Of a DNA stretch of 40,722 nucleotides, positions 19,677 to 28,800 are shown one piece after another. Origin of the DNA: Betaproteobacteria bacterium (GTDB taxonomy: Bacteria > Pseudomonadota > Gammaproteobacteria > Burkholderiales > SG8-41); NCBI GenBank assembly GCA_016202565.1, contig JACQOK010000197.1:1-40722 (forward strand). The letters run 5' to 3'. The notes below the pieces were generated by a model. The model was not told where the DNA came from and did not search any database. It saw only the letters and a list, made by a program, of their open reading frames with translations. The translations under genes and the position numbers were made by a program. Each line of letters opens with the position of its first letter. The stretch's first letter is position 1.

Positions 19677-20573
19677 TCAGAAGACGTTGAATACCGTGCC
19701 GACGATCTGCGCGCCCGTATCGCTCAAGTCGCGGATGACGCTCGCCGTGTCCGCGACGCGGGTATGGTTCTTGCGCGCGAGCACCATCGCGCCGCCTGCA
19801 TGGTATGTCACGCTCTGTGCGTCTGCGTACAGCTTTGCCGGCGGGGTATCGATCAGAATGACCTCGAACTTGTTCTGCATCTCCTGCAGCAAGCGGACGA
19901 GCGGCGCGCGCGACAACAGCTCCTGCGGATTGGGTGGCGGCGCACCCGCCGGGAGCAGCGCGAGACCGGCAATACCGGGGACGGGCACAACCGCGCTGTA
20001 GTCGGCGCGCCCGCACAGCACGGCCGACAGACCGACCCGATCGGCGACGTTGAACAGCTTGTGCTGCCGCGGCGATCGCATGTCGGCGTCGATCAGCAGC
20101 GTGCGCTCGCCGAGCTGCGCGAACACGACTGCGAGATTGGCGGCGAGGTAGGTGCGGCCCTCGCCGGTCGATGGACTGACGATCGCCAGCACCTTCCGCT
20201 GGTGAGTGCTGTTGAACCAGCGGATGAGAAGCTGCATTCGCAGCGCCCGCAGCTCTTCGACGCGCCGGTGAAACGGCGCATAGGCCGCGACCAGCTCCGC
20301 GCTGGCCGTGCTCTCTCCTGCCGGCAACTGTGAAAAATCGAACTGCTTCGCAAGCGCAAGATTGAGGTCTTCCTCGGTAATGAGGCCCAGCCAGATCGCC
20401 GCCTCGCCGAAGCGCAGGCCTTCCGCGCGCTGCAGCTCGACCACCCGCCGCGTGTCGGTCTCTGCGAGCTTGCCCCGCTCCACAAGAATCGAACCGATGC
20501 TGCGGTCCGACTCCACGACGTGTGCCGTTCCGTCCAGCGTCAGGACATTTTCCTCGATCTTCATGATAGTCAT
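19677..20573 (-). CDS. epsG: Chain-length determinant tyrosine kinase EpsG-like
   Basis: IGSILVE...LRFGEAA N-domain, Walker-A-like SPSTGEGRT, LLIDADMRSP and ILIDTPP. ATGA overlap with the epsF stop. Confidence 0.85.
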   Translation of the reverse strand: MTIMKIEENVLTLDGTAHVVESDRSIGSILVERGKLAETDTRRVVELQRAEGLRFGEAAIWLGLITEEDLNLALAKQFDFSQLPAGESTASAELVAAYAPFHRRVEELRALRMQLLIRWFNSTHQRKVLAIVSPSTGEGRTYLAANLAVVFAQLGERTLLIDADMRSPRQHKLFNVADRVGLSAVLCGRADYSAVVPVPGIAGLALLPAGAPPPNPQELLSRAPLVRLLQEMQNKFEVILIDTPPAKLYADAQSVTYHAGGAMVLARKNHTRVADTASVIRDLSDTGAQIVGTVFNVF

Positions 20574-22009
20574 CCTTGTCCTGGCGCGGGAAGTGCCCAG
20601 CCGCGATTTCCCGCGCGCCCGAGAAGACCATGACTGGGTTGCCACGCATTGAGTTGTGCGAGCAGCGGTACATCCACCCTCGCAAGGTCGTCGAACGAGC
20701 GCACTCGCCGGTCGAATTGCTCCATGAAGAACACTATTGCGAGACCAATCATCGTTCCCATGATGACTGATAGCGCGAGATTCAGAGGGATCTTGGGACG
20801 TGCAGGAAGCGAAGGTTCGACGGCGGGATCGAGCACGGCCACATTGGTGCGGTTTGCGCCGCTTTCGACCTTGCTTACGACGAAGCGCTGCATGGCGCTG
20901 TCGTACGCACGTTGGGCCGTCTCGACATCGCGGTTGAACACGCCGATTTCGTTGCGGTACTCCTTGAGTTGCAGCACCCGCGCACGCTGGTCCGCCAGCG
21001 CACTGCGCAGCTGCGCTTCGTGCTGCCGCGCCTGCCGTGCCGCGTTGGCAAGGCCGGCCGTGATCTTCCTTATCTCATTGTCAGCCTGCGCGCGCAGGGC
21101 GCGATACTCTGCCCGTTGACGCTGGAGCTGCGGGTGGTTGCTGCCGAGATCCGCGGAAAGATGTTGCAGTCTCGCTTCAGCCAGCGCCGCTTCCGATGTG
21201 AGTCTCTGGATGAGAGGATTCGACAGGACCTCCGGCAACCGGTCCGGGGTCGTCCCGGCTTCGATCAAACGGCGTGCCATGCGCTCTCTCGACTCGGCTT
21301 CCGAGGCCTGGCTCTGGGCGAGCACCACCTGCGTCGATAGCTCTCCCAGCCGCGCATTCTCCACGTCCGTTCGCTCGTCGGTCGAGACGATCTTCTTTTC
21401 CCGCTGGTAATCGGTGAGCTTGGCCTGCGCCGCCTCGAGGGTGGCCCGCAAGCCCTTCAGCTGTTCGTCAAACCAGACCGCCGTGCGCTGAGTCGGTTCC
21501 ACGCGCAACTCGAGGGTGGTGTCGATGTAGGCCTTGGCGAACGCGTTGGCAACCCGCGTCGCAAACTGGGCGTCGGAAGACTTGTAGGAGATCTGCACCA
21601 CGCTGCTCTGCGTCGTATCGACCGTGAGCCACTTGAGCAGCCTGTCCGCCACCCAGTCTTCGTAAGAACCCGCGCCGCCGGTCTCGGACTGGAACGCCTC
21701 GCGGGCTTCTGGACTCTCCGCGAGCTGCAGTTCGCGCACGACTTTATTTACCACCTTATGGCTCTTGATGATATCGACCTGCGTCTGCATGTAAGCGGCC
21801 TGTTGCGCCTGCTGCAGCACGGGCGCGAGCATGTTGACAGTGCTCAGCGTCTGCTCGTCCTTGCTGTCCAGCAGCAGGGAGACGGTGGCCACGTACGTTT
21901 TCGGCAGCAACAGACTCACGACTAGCGTCGTCAAGACAGTGATCGCGAGCACGAGACCAAACACACCCGGTCGCGCGCGCAGTGCTAGGAATAATTGCTG
22001 GATGGTCAT
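20570..22009 (-). CDS. epsF: Chain-length determinant protein EpsF-like (polysaccharide co-polymerase)
   Basis: Two TM segments flank a coiled-coil periplasmic region. LLPKTYVAT, YMQTQVDII, ANAFAKAYIDTTLELRVEP and FDRRVRS. Confidence 0.85.
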   Translation of the reverse strand: MTIQQLFLALRARPGVFGLVLAITVLTTLVVSLLLPKTYVATVSLLLDSKDEQTLSTVNMLAPVLQQAQQAAYMQTQVDIIKSHKVVNKVVRELQLAESPEAREAFQSETGGAGSYEDWVADRLLKWLTVDTTQSSVVQISYKSSDAQFATRVANAFAKAYIDTTLELRVEPTQRTAVWFDEQLKGLRATLEAAQAKLTDYQREKKIVSTDERTDVENARLGELSTQVVLAQSQASEAESRERMARRLIEAGTTPDRLPEVLSNPLIQRLTSEAALAEARLQHLSADLGSNHPQLQRQRAEYRALRAQADNEIRKITAGLANAARQARQHEAQLRSALADQRARVLQLKEYRNEIGVFNRDVETAQRAYDSAMQRFVVSKVESGANRTNVAVLDPAVEPSLPARPKIPLNLALSVIMGTMIGLAIVFFMEQFDRRVRSFDDLARVDVPLLAQLNAWQPSHGLLGRAGNRGWALPAPGQG

Positions 22010-22054
22010 GATGTGATCTCGCTGTTCATGTTTCGCATTCGCGTGGACGCTCCG

Positions 22055-22897
22055 CTAGAACCAACTTTCCTGGACGAAAATGACATCGCCGGGCTGAATC
22101 GAATCGCTCAAGCGCACATCGAGTCGCTGAAGCTTGCCGTCAGGCGTTCTGCGGCTGAGGTTAAGCACGCGCTCGTTTGCGCGTTCCGTGAACCCGCCGC
22201 CGAGCGACACGGCCTCCATGATCGTCATGTTGTCCTCGAATCGATAGGAACCGGCGCGGCGGACCTGGCCGTGAATGTAAAAGACCGGGGCGCGCTGCAC
22301 GTAAATCGTGTCGCCGTTCTGAATGTCGACGTTCTTCGACAGATCGCCCATGCGCACCATCGCCGCAACGTCGATTTCCAGTTTCTCGATCTTGCCGTTG
22401 CGATTCAGCACAAGGCTGACCGTATTGGCGCCCACGGGGCTTACGCCCCCGGCCAGCGCGAGGACGTCAGTCAGTCTGGAACTGGAAGTGTCGAGCGCAT
22501 ACCGTCCCGGCTTGTTGACCTCGCCCAGAACGGAGACCTGTCTGCTGCGCAACTCCGTCATCACGACAGTGACCTGCGGACTCAGCATGAATTTTCCGCG
22601 TTTCAACTGCCGTGCGATCTCGGCGCCCGCGTCGGCCAGCGTCAAGCCGTTCACCTTCACCTCGCCGACGAGGGGAAAAGTGATCGTGCCGCGCTGGGAG
22701 ACGCGCGCCTCCGTGGTGAGATCGGGATACTGGAACACGGTGACGCGAATGTTATCGCCGGCGCCAAGCTGGTCGGCCGTTTCGGCCCAAGCTTGCGCCG
22801 CGAGCAGCATCGAGGCCGCGCCGGCCAGGGCTGCAAGCCATCTCGAGCAGCGATGGGCTGTCTTGAAATGCAAAGTCGACTGCGCTTGTGGGGTCAT
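22055..22897 (-). CDS. epsE: Polysaccharide export protein EpsE-like (Poly_export + SLBB)
   Basis: Signal peptide ending AQAWA, LGAGDNIRVTVFQYPDL, VSVLGEVNKPGRY and PGDVIFVQESWF. AGGAG RBS upstream. Confidence 0.85.
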   Translation of the reverse strand: MTPQAQSTLHFKTAHRCSRWLAALAGAASMLLAAQAWAETADQLGAGDNIRVTVFQYPDLTTEARVSQRGTITFPLVGEVKVNGLTLADAGAEIARQLKRGKFMLSPQVTVVMTELRSRQVSVLGEVNKPGRYALDTSSSRLTDVLALAGGVSPVGANTVSLVLNRNGKIEKLEIDVAAMVRMGDLSKNVDIQNGDTIYVQRAPVFYIHGQVRRAGSYRFEDNMTIMEAVSLGGGFTERANERVLNLSRRTPDGKLQRLDVRLSDSIQPGDVIFVQESWF

Positions 22898-23185
22898 GGT
22901 CGTCACTCCTCCAGAGGCGCCGGGTCCGCACAGGCCGGCCACGCCTCCTTCAATAAGTTGATCAGTCATCCATGCTGCCGGAAAGCTTGCGGTGCAAACT
23001 TTAAGCGGGCTGTATGACGTTTCCCCCCGGGGAGAGTTATCGCGGCATGCCTCGATTGGACTAGCGGAGGCGGAGCAGAGCGGCACTCAGGTGAAGACAC
23101 ATGGGATGTGTCCCTGTTATCATTCACCGCGTAATTCTTCGCAGCGGCGGACGACTGGAAGCCGCCCGTTACGCGCTTGGGCATC

Positions 23186-23201
23186 TGCAGCGTGAACGCC
23201 A
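23186..23201 (-). promoter_or_regulatory. Candidate sigma-54 promoter for the eps arm
   Basis: Minus strand TGGCGTTCACGCTGCA has correct GG-N10-GC spacing but deviates from TGGCACG-N4-TTGC. Confidence 0.4.
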
Positions 23202-23325
23202 CAGCGAATAGCGGCGTTCACGCCCGCCTAAAAGCCGCGCCGCAAGTCGTTCTGCGACGCAGGTTGCCGGTTCGATGCGGTCCTTCGACGCGCCGGCATG
23301 CGACAGTTTCCCGCCTACAAATTGC

Positions 23326-23472
23326 TGTCAGACTGAAACGACGCGGCTGTCGCGATTCAACGATAGGTTGTCGTTCCAGAGCGACATTTTGTCTCTGAAC
23401 AGCGACAGATAAATCCTAATTCCGTCAGCGAGTTACTCAAAACTGCCCAAAACCCGTCGCTGCATGACGACA
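23326..23472. promoter_or_regulatory. Array of five palindromic TGTCG-N8-CGACA boxes (candidate enhancer-binding-protein UAS)
   Basis: Boxes start at 23326, 23348, 23369 (perfect), 23390 and 23455. Spacings are 22, 21, 21 and 65 bp. Confidence 0.7.
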
Positions 23473-23504
23473 AACGAGGTCATGCTCGCCCCGCCGAGCG
23501 GCCT

Positions 23505-23517
23505 CAATTCTTTGATT
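23505..23517 (-). promoter_or_regulatory. IHF binding site
   Basis: Minus strand AATCAAAGAATTG is an exact match to WATCAANNNNTTR, lying between the box array and the sigma-54 promoter. Confidence 0.65.
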
Positions 23518-23534
23518 TAGTTGAATTCATCGAA

Positions 23535-23551
23535 CTGGCATACGCATTGCT
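23535..23551 (+). promoter_or_regulatory. Sigma-54 (-24/-12) promoter for the lyase/T2SS operon
   Basis: CTGGCATACGCATTGCT, i.e. TGGCA-N6-TTGCT with GG-N10-GC spacing. Confidence 0.8.
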
Positions 23552-23873
23552 AACTTGCGGCCGTGCCGACGTGAAAACATTCACGCGAAAAGGCAAAGAG
23601 GCGCACGCAAGAGCGGATTACATCGCTCTCACGTGAGGCAGACGAAAAGTCCACGCCATTTCAGGGAGAGCAAGTGACAGCGCACGAATCGTTGGCGGCC
23701 TCCGCCCGCCGTATCACGCCCGCAGCCCGTCCCAACCATACCACGGATTTCGCCCGGCAGGCCCGAATGAGCTTGCCTTGCGTCAGGCAACATGGAGCGT
23801 CGTGGGTATGACGCTCCCGCACCCGACTTCAGCCGGTTCGGATTTTTTCAATTTCGCTATCAAGGATTCGCAA

Positions 23874-26800
23874 ATGCGTCGTGGTGGTGTTTTATCCATA
23901 GGTTACGGTGCTCACCTAACTCCCGCCGGACGCGGCGAAGCGAGAAGTCCCGTTGTTGATGATCGTTCGCCCACCAGGACGCGCGCGCCTGCAGCCGCAA
24001 CAGTTTGGGCTGCGATCCTTGTGCTGCTTCTCGGTGCCGGCTTGCCATTCGCAGCCCAGGCCCAGACCTGCGTGCCGGGCACAACACCCGACTGGATGGT
24101 GACGAGTGATCAGTTGGCAGCGCGGGTGCGGCCCGCCGAATGCGCAGGGGTGGAGCAGAGCCCGCCGGATTTCGGCTGGCCAAGCACCGGCGGCAGCTAC
24201 CAGTTAACGCTCACCTATCCGGACGGCAGCACCAAGTCGGTCTCGACCAACAAGAACTGGGTGAACTGGGGCGAGGTACTGCCCGCGGGCACCTATAGCT
24301 GGCGCGTGACGTCGAACGGCACCGCGAGCCGCGCGCGGCAGTTCACGGTGGCGGCCAGCGCGACGCCCTTCCTCGTCCCGGCGATGAGCAGCGTGCTTTC
24401 GCAGCTTGCGGCCAAGCCGCGCCCGCGCGGCCTGCCAAACGCCACCACATTGGCGACCATGGAGAGCCAGCGGTCAAGCGCGGTCTCGGCACTGCTGCAG
24501 GACGTGAAGCGACGGTTCCGCGAGTCGTTGCCGGGAACGAGCGGCGGTGATGGACTCGCCTACAGCGAGGCCGCCCTTCGGGCCGCCGCTGCGGCGGTGT
24601 ATAGCAACCAGGGCTCCTACTACAACGACGCCATCCGCCGGGTGATGAACCTCGCCTCGTGGGATCCGCGCGGGACGACCTCTTACGCCAACGATAACGT
24701 GGGCTCGCGCTCTGTATCGTGGGCGCTCGCGCTGGGCTACGACTGGCTCTATCCACGCCTCTCCTCCACCCAGCGGAGCCAGATTCTGGCCGCGCTGAAG
24801 GTGCGCGTGGGCGACATGTACAGCGGCGTGATGGCCTCGATTGCGCGCTATCCGCGGAACTCGTATGACAACCAGTCATTAATGGTCGCCGCGGCCATCG
24901 CGGCGCTCGTCGCGCCCGACCTGGCTGAGGCGACCACCTGGTTGAACGAAGCGCTGCCGCTCGCCCTCAACGCGATCAACCCGTGGGGCGGCGAGGAAGG
25001 CGGCTTCAGCAACAGCGAGACGCAGGGCTTCTGGGACGTGGGTGAGCAGCTCCTGCCCTGGTATGTCCTGCGCTGGTCGACCGGAATCGACGTTGCGAAG
25101 AAGGCGTGGGTGAAGAACTGGGCGCGCTACATGGCCTACTTCGCCCCGCTCGGTACCCCGGCGCAGCTGTTCGGCGATGGCCTCGAGATGAACATCACCG
25201 AAAACCGTGCGCGCTTTGGCAAGGGTTACACGTATTTCGCGCCCACGCCGCTCGGGCGCTGGTACGCCTTGACGCTCACCGGCGAGGACCAGACGCGCCT
25301 GGAGTACCTGATGGCCCCGCCGGCCGACTTCACTACCGCCTCCTATCCCACGGGCACGCCGAACACCGCGCTCTTGCCCACGATCGGACAGATCGCGATG
25401 CACAGCGATCTCGCGAACCCGGCCCGCACCTCGGTCTACTTCAAGAGCAGTCCTCCGCCCTACGGTGCGTTCAATCACAGCCACGCCGACCAGAACAGCT
25501 TCGTCGTGAACGCGGGCGGACAGCGCCTGGCGATCGAGTCGGGCTACTACGATGGCTACAAGACGACGCACTGGTACCAGTGGTATCACCAGACCCGCGC
25601 CAAGAACGCCATCACCTACGACAACGGCCAGGGCCAGATCTTCTACGAGCAAGGCGGCAAGATGGGCTATGGGGCGCTCACCCGCTACGCCAGCGGGACG
25701 GACTACGACATTGTGACCGGCGATGCGACGCAGGCCTACGGCGGCGCGCTCACCAAGGCGCAGCGCTCCTTGATCTACCTGCGGCCGAATCTCATCCTGG
25801 TCTACGACAACCTTGCCTCCGACTATAACCGGCAGTGGGAATGGAACATCCATGCCCTGAATCAGATGAGCGTCATCTCGGACCAGAGGATCTCGCTCTC
25901 CAACAATGGTCAGAGCCTGTGCGTCGACATGCTCGCCGGACCGACCATGCGCTTCACGCAGACCAACCAGTTCACCGCCAATCCTTCCAGCGGCGCCCCC
26001 CAGTGGCACGGCAAGTTCTACAACACAGCGCTCTCGACCACCGCGGAATTCATCGCGCTCATGCGCGTGGGTTGCACGACGACTACCGCGAGCGCCAGCA
26101 AATCGAACGGCGTGTGGACCGTACAGGCGGGCGGCAAGACCGTGCAGATCAGCGACAGTGCCATCACTGTTAGCGGTTCCACGTCGGCCGCCGACACAAC
26201 CGCGCCGTCGGTGCCGACCGGCCTTACGGCTACCGCCGCGTCCTCGAGCCAGATCAACCTCTCGTGGAACGCGTCCACCGACAACGTCGCAGTGACCGGC
26301 TACTACGTCTATCTCAACGACAAACCGCTCACCACCACGACGAGCACCTCGTTCTCCCACACCGGCCTCACCGCAGGCACCACGTACAACTACCGCGTGA
26401 GCGCCTACGACGCGGTGCCCAATCATTCGGCCTGGACTAATGTGGTCTCGGCAACGACTCCGCAATCCAGCACCGCCGACACCACCGCCCCGTCGGTACC
26501 CACCGGCCTCACCGCTACCGTGGCGTCCTCCGCCCAGATCAACCTCGCGTGGAACGCGTCCACCGACAACGTCGCAGTGACCGGCTACTATGTCTATCTC
26601 AACGACAAACCGCTCGCCACCACGACGAGCACCTCGTTCTCGCACACCGGCCTCGCCGCAGGCACCACGTACAACTACCGCGTGAGCGCCTACGATGCGG
26701 TGCCCAATCATTCGGCCTGGACGGCGCCGGTCTCGGCAACGACCCCGCAGACCACCACCGCCGACACAACCGCGCCGTCGGTGCCGACCGGCCTCACGGC

Positions 26801-28310
26801 TACCGCCGCATCCTCGAGCCAGATCAACCTCTCGTGGAACGCTTCCACCGACAATGTCGGTGTGACGGGATACTACGTCTACCTCAACGACCAGCCGCTC
26901 ACCACCACGACAAACAGAAGCTTCTCGCACACCGGCCTGAGTGCCGGCACCACCTACAACTACCGCGTGAGCGCCTACGACGCGGTTCCCAATCATTCGG
27001 CCTGGACGGCATCGGCCTCGGCAACGACCTCAGGCGGATCGTCGGGCGGCGTCACACAGGGGAACACGGGCGGACTGCCCGTCATTCCAGGGGCTTCGGG
27101 GTTCGGCATCAACACCAAAGCCGGCCGCGGCGGCACTGTTTACCGGGTCACCAACCTGAACGCAAGCGGAACGGGCTCCCTCAAGGCCTGCACAGATGCC
27201 AGCGGCCCGCGCGTCTGCGTCTTCGAAGTATCGGGGACGATCTATACGACGAGCGACCTCGTGATCAGGAATCCATACATCACCATCGCCGGTCAGACCG
27301 CGCCTTCGCCTGGCATCCTGATCCGTGGCGCCGGGATGCTAATCAATACGCACGATATACTCATTCAGCACATACGGGTGCGGCCCGGCGACGCCACGAC
27401 GGGCCCGGCTCCGATCAATCGTGATGCGTTCAAGATCGAGGCGTACCTAGCGGATACCTACAACGTCGTGATCGACCACGTATCCGGCAGCTGGAGCACC
27501 GATGAGCTGATTTCCGTGTGGGGCTCGAGCAGCGGCAAGATTTACGACGTCACCATTCGCAACTCGATCTTCAGCGAAGCGCTGAATAACTCGATCTCGC
27601 CGGACGGGCCGCACCCGGCCGGCCCGATCATAGGCTATCGCGCGAGCCGCATCATGCTGGCGAACAGCCTGATGGCCTTCAACGGCTGGCGCAATCCGCT
27701 GGTGCGCGACGACTCGACTGACGTCATGATCATCAACAACATGCTTTACCGGACTCGCGGCTATACCATCGATCAGATCGACTTTGGCACCAAGGGCGCC
27801 GGCGATGTTCCAATGCGGGCTTCGGTCCAAGGCAATCACTTCGTGCTCGCCCCGGGCATGTCGCCCATCAATACCATCAGCATAAACTCCGGAAGCGCCT
27901 CATCGTTCAAGATCTTTGTAACAGACAACACTGGACCCTGGATGACCAGTGATCCGTGGTCGGTCGTGGCAACCAGCCGGAGCAAATCGACCATCAATGT
28001 GGCGACACCGCCAGTATGGTCGTCGGGAGTGGTGCCCATGCCTTCCTCCTCCGTGGAGAACTACGTGCTGAGCTATGCCGGGGCCCGCCCCCTCGATCGT
28101 GATCCCGTCGATGCCAGGGTCGTGTCCCAAGTGCGAACACGAACCGGTGCGATCATCGACTCCCCATCACAGGTAGGGGGTTACCCGAACCTTCCGGTGA
28201 ACTACAGGGCGCTCACACTGCCGGCGGATCCGAACACCATAACGTCCAGCGGTTATACCAACCTCGAACTCTGGCTGCAGAGCATGGCTAGAGCACTCGA
28301 AGGTCTTTAG
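23874..28310 (+). CDS. Large secreted multidomain protein: DUF4962/heparinase II/III (PL15-like) domain + 3 FN3 + pectate-lyase (PL1-like) domain
   Basis: Signal peptide ending [14 protein letters not shown] and [21 protein letters not shown]...LAIESGYY...QTRAKNAI mark the first domain. Three [11 protein letters not shown] repeats follow, then [20 protein letters not shown]...ITIAGQTAP...[14 protein letters not shown]...RNP. ATG 23874 has an AAGGA RBS. Confidence 0.85.
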   Translation: MRRGGVLSIGYGAHLTPAGRGEARSPVVDDRSPTRTRAPAAATVWAAILVLLLGAGLPFAAQAQTCVPGTTPDWMVTSDQLAARVRPAECAGVEQSPPDFGWPSTGGSYQLTLTYPDGSTKSVSTNKNWVNWGEVLPAGTYSWRVTSNGTASRARQFTVAASATPFLVPAMSSVLSQLAAKPRPRGLPNATTLATMESQRSSAVSALLQDVKRRFRESLPGTSGGDGLAYSEAALRAAAAAVYSNQGSYYNDAIRRVMNLASWDPRGTTSYANDNVGSRSVSWALALGYDWLYPRLSSTQRSQILAALKVRVGDMYSGVMASIARYPRNSYDNQSLMVAAAIAALVAPDLAEATTWLNEALPLALNAINPWGGEEGGFSNSETQGFWDVGEQLLPWYVLRWSTGIDVAKKAWVKNWARYMAYFAPLGTPAQLFGDGLEMNITENRARFGKGYTYFAPTPLGRWYALTLTGEDQTRLEYLMAPPADFTTASYPTGTPNTALLPTIGQIAMHSDLANPARTSVYFKSSPPPYGAFNHSHADQNSFVVNAGGQRLAIESGYYDGYKTTHWYQWYHQTRAKNAITYDNGQGQIFYEQGGKMGYGALTRYASGTDYDIVTGDATQAYGGALTKAQRSLIYLRPNLILVYDNLASDYNRQWEWNIHALNQMSVISDQRISLSNNGQSLCVDMLAGPTMRFTQTNQFTANPSSGAPQWHGKFYNTALSTTAEFIALMRVGCTTTTASASKSNGVWTVQAGGKTVQISDSAITVSGSTSAADTTAPSVPTGLTATAASSSQINLSWNASTDNVAVTGYYVYLNDKPLTTTTSTSFSHTGLTAGTTYNYRVSAYDAVPNHSAWTNVVSATTPQSSTADTTAPSVPTGLTATVASSAQINLAWNASTDNVAVTGYYVYLNDKPLATTTSTSFSHTGLAAGTTYNYRVSAYDAVPNHSAWTAPVSATTPQTTTADTTAPSVPTGLTATAASSSQINLSWNASTDNVGVTGYYVYLNDQPLTTTTNRSFSHTGLSAGTTYNYRVSAYDAVPNHSAWTASASATTSGGSSGGVTQGNTGGLPVIPGASGFGINTKAGRGGTVYRVTNLNASGTGSLKACTDASGPRVCVFEVSGTIYTTSDLVIRNPYITIAGQTAPSPGILIRGAGMLINTHDILIQHIRVRPGDATTGPAPINRDAFKIEAYLADTYNVVIDHVSGSWSTDELISVWGSSSGKIYDVTIRNSIFSEALNNSISPDGPHPAGPIIGYRASRIMLANSLMAFNGWRNPLVRDDSTDVMIINNMLYRTRGYTIDQIDFGTKGAGDVPMRASVQGNHFVLAPGMSPINTISINSGSASSFKIFVTDNTGPWMTSDPWSVVATSRSKSTINVATPPVWSSGVVPMPSSSVENYVLSYAGARPLDRDPVDARVVSQVRTRTGAIIDSPSQVGGYPNLPVNYRALTLPADPNTITSSGYTNLELWLQSMARALEGL
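26190..27030 (+). repeat. Three tandem 285-bp FN3-coding repeats
   Basis: Units start at 26190, 26475 and 26760 and share long identical nucleotide tracts (e.g. TACAACTACCGCGTGAGCGCCTACGA). Confidence 0.95.
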
Positions 28311-28327
28311 AAATTTAGGATAGAGCT

Positions 28328-28795
28328 ATGCGCACTCGCACCAGAACAGCCACCGCTCGACTGCGTGGTATCCGGTCGAGGCGAGGTTCGTGCGCCGCTG
28401 CGGGCTTCACGCTCCTCGAGCTGCTGGTGGTCATCGTGATCATCGGGCTGCTCGCCGGCTACGTCGCACCCCGCTATTTTTCCCAGGTCGGGAAATCGGA
28501 GGTCCAGGTCGCGAGAGCGCAGATCGATGCGATCGAAAAGGCGCTCGATCAGTACCGCCTCGACACGCGGCGTTATCCCACTGCCGAACAGGGACTCGAC
28601 GTGCTGATCACCAAACCGGCGAGTGAGCCGAACTGGAACGGCCCGTACCTGAAAAAGACGGCCCCGAACGACCCGTGGGGACGGCCCTATGTCTACCGTG
28701 TTCCGGGACAGAAGGGTGAGTTCGATCTCTTTTCCTACGGCCGTGACGGGAAACCGGGCGGCTCCGGCGAAGACGCCGATATCGGAAGCCTGTAG
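28328..28795 (+). CDS. gspG: T2SS major pseudopilin GspG
   Basis: G|FTLLELLVV prepilin site, ALDQYRLD...YPT, WNGPYLKK, DPWGRPYVY and SYGRDG. Confidence 0.92.
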   Translation: MRTRTRTATARLRGIRSRRGSCAAAGFTLLELLVVIVIIGLLAGYVAPRYFSQVGKSEVQVARAQIDAIEKALDQYRLDTRRYPTAEQGLDVLITKPASEPNWNGPYLKKTAPNDPWGRPYVYRVPGQKGEFDLFSYGRDGKPGGSGEDADIGSL

Positions 28796-28800
28796 CCGGA

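Noticed and set aside
19677-20573. Walker A reads GEGRT (Arg for Lys) and there is no C-terminal Tyr cluster, suggesting a dead kinase
   Set aside because: As I recall, this is usual for the EpsG family rather than specific to this locus. A family alignment would confirm.
23326-23472. Regularly spaced repeats considered as a CRISPR array or iterons
   Set aside because: Units are 18-bp palindromes with variable cores and 3-4 bp gaps. There are no spacers, cas genes or rep gene.
23585-23660. AAAGGCAAA...ACGCAAG resembling a c-di-GMP-I riboswitch
   Set aside because: The P2 stem with GNRA loop and the P3 receptor could not be built. An Rfam scan would settle it.
23874-23900. MRRGG as a Tat signal
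   Set aside because: It lacks the S/T-RR-x-FLK context and is far from the hydrophobic region.
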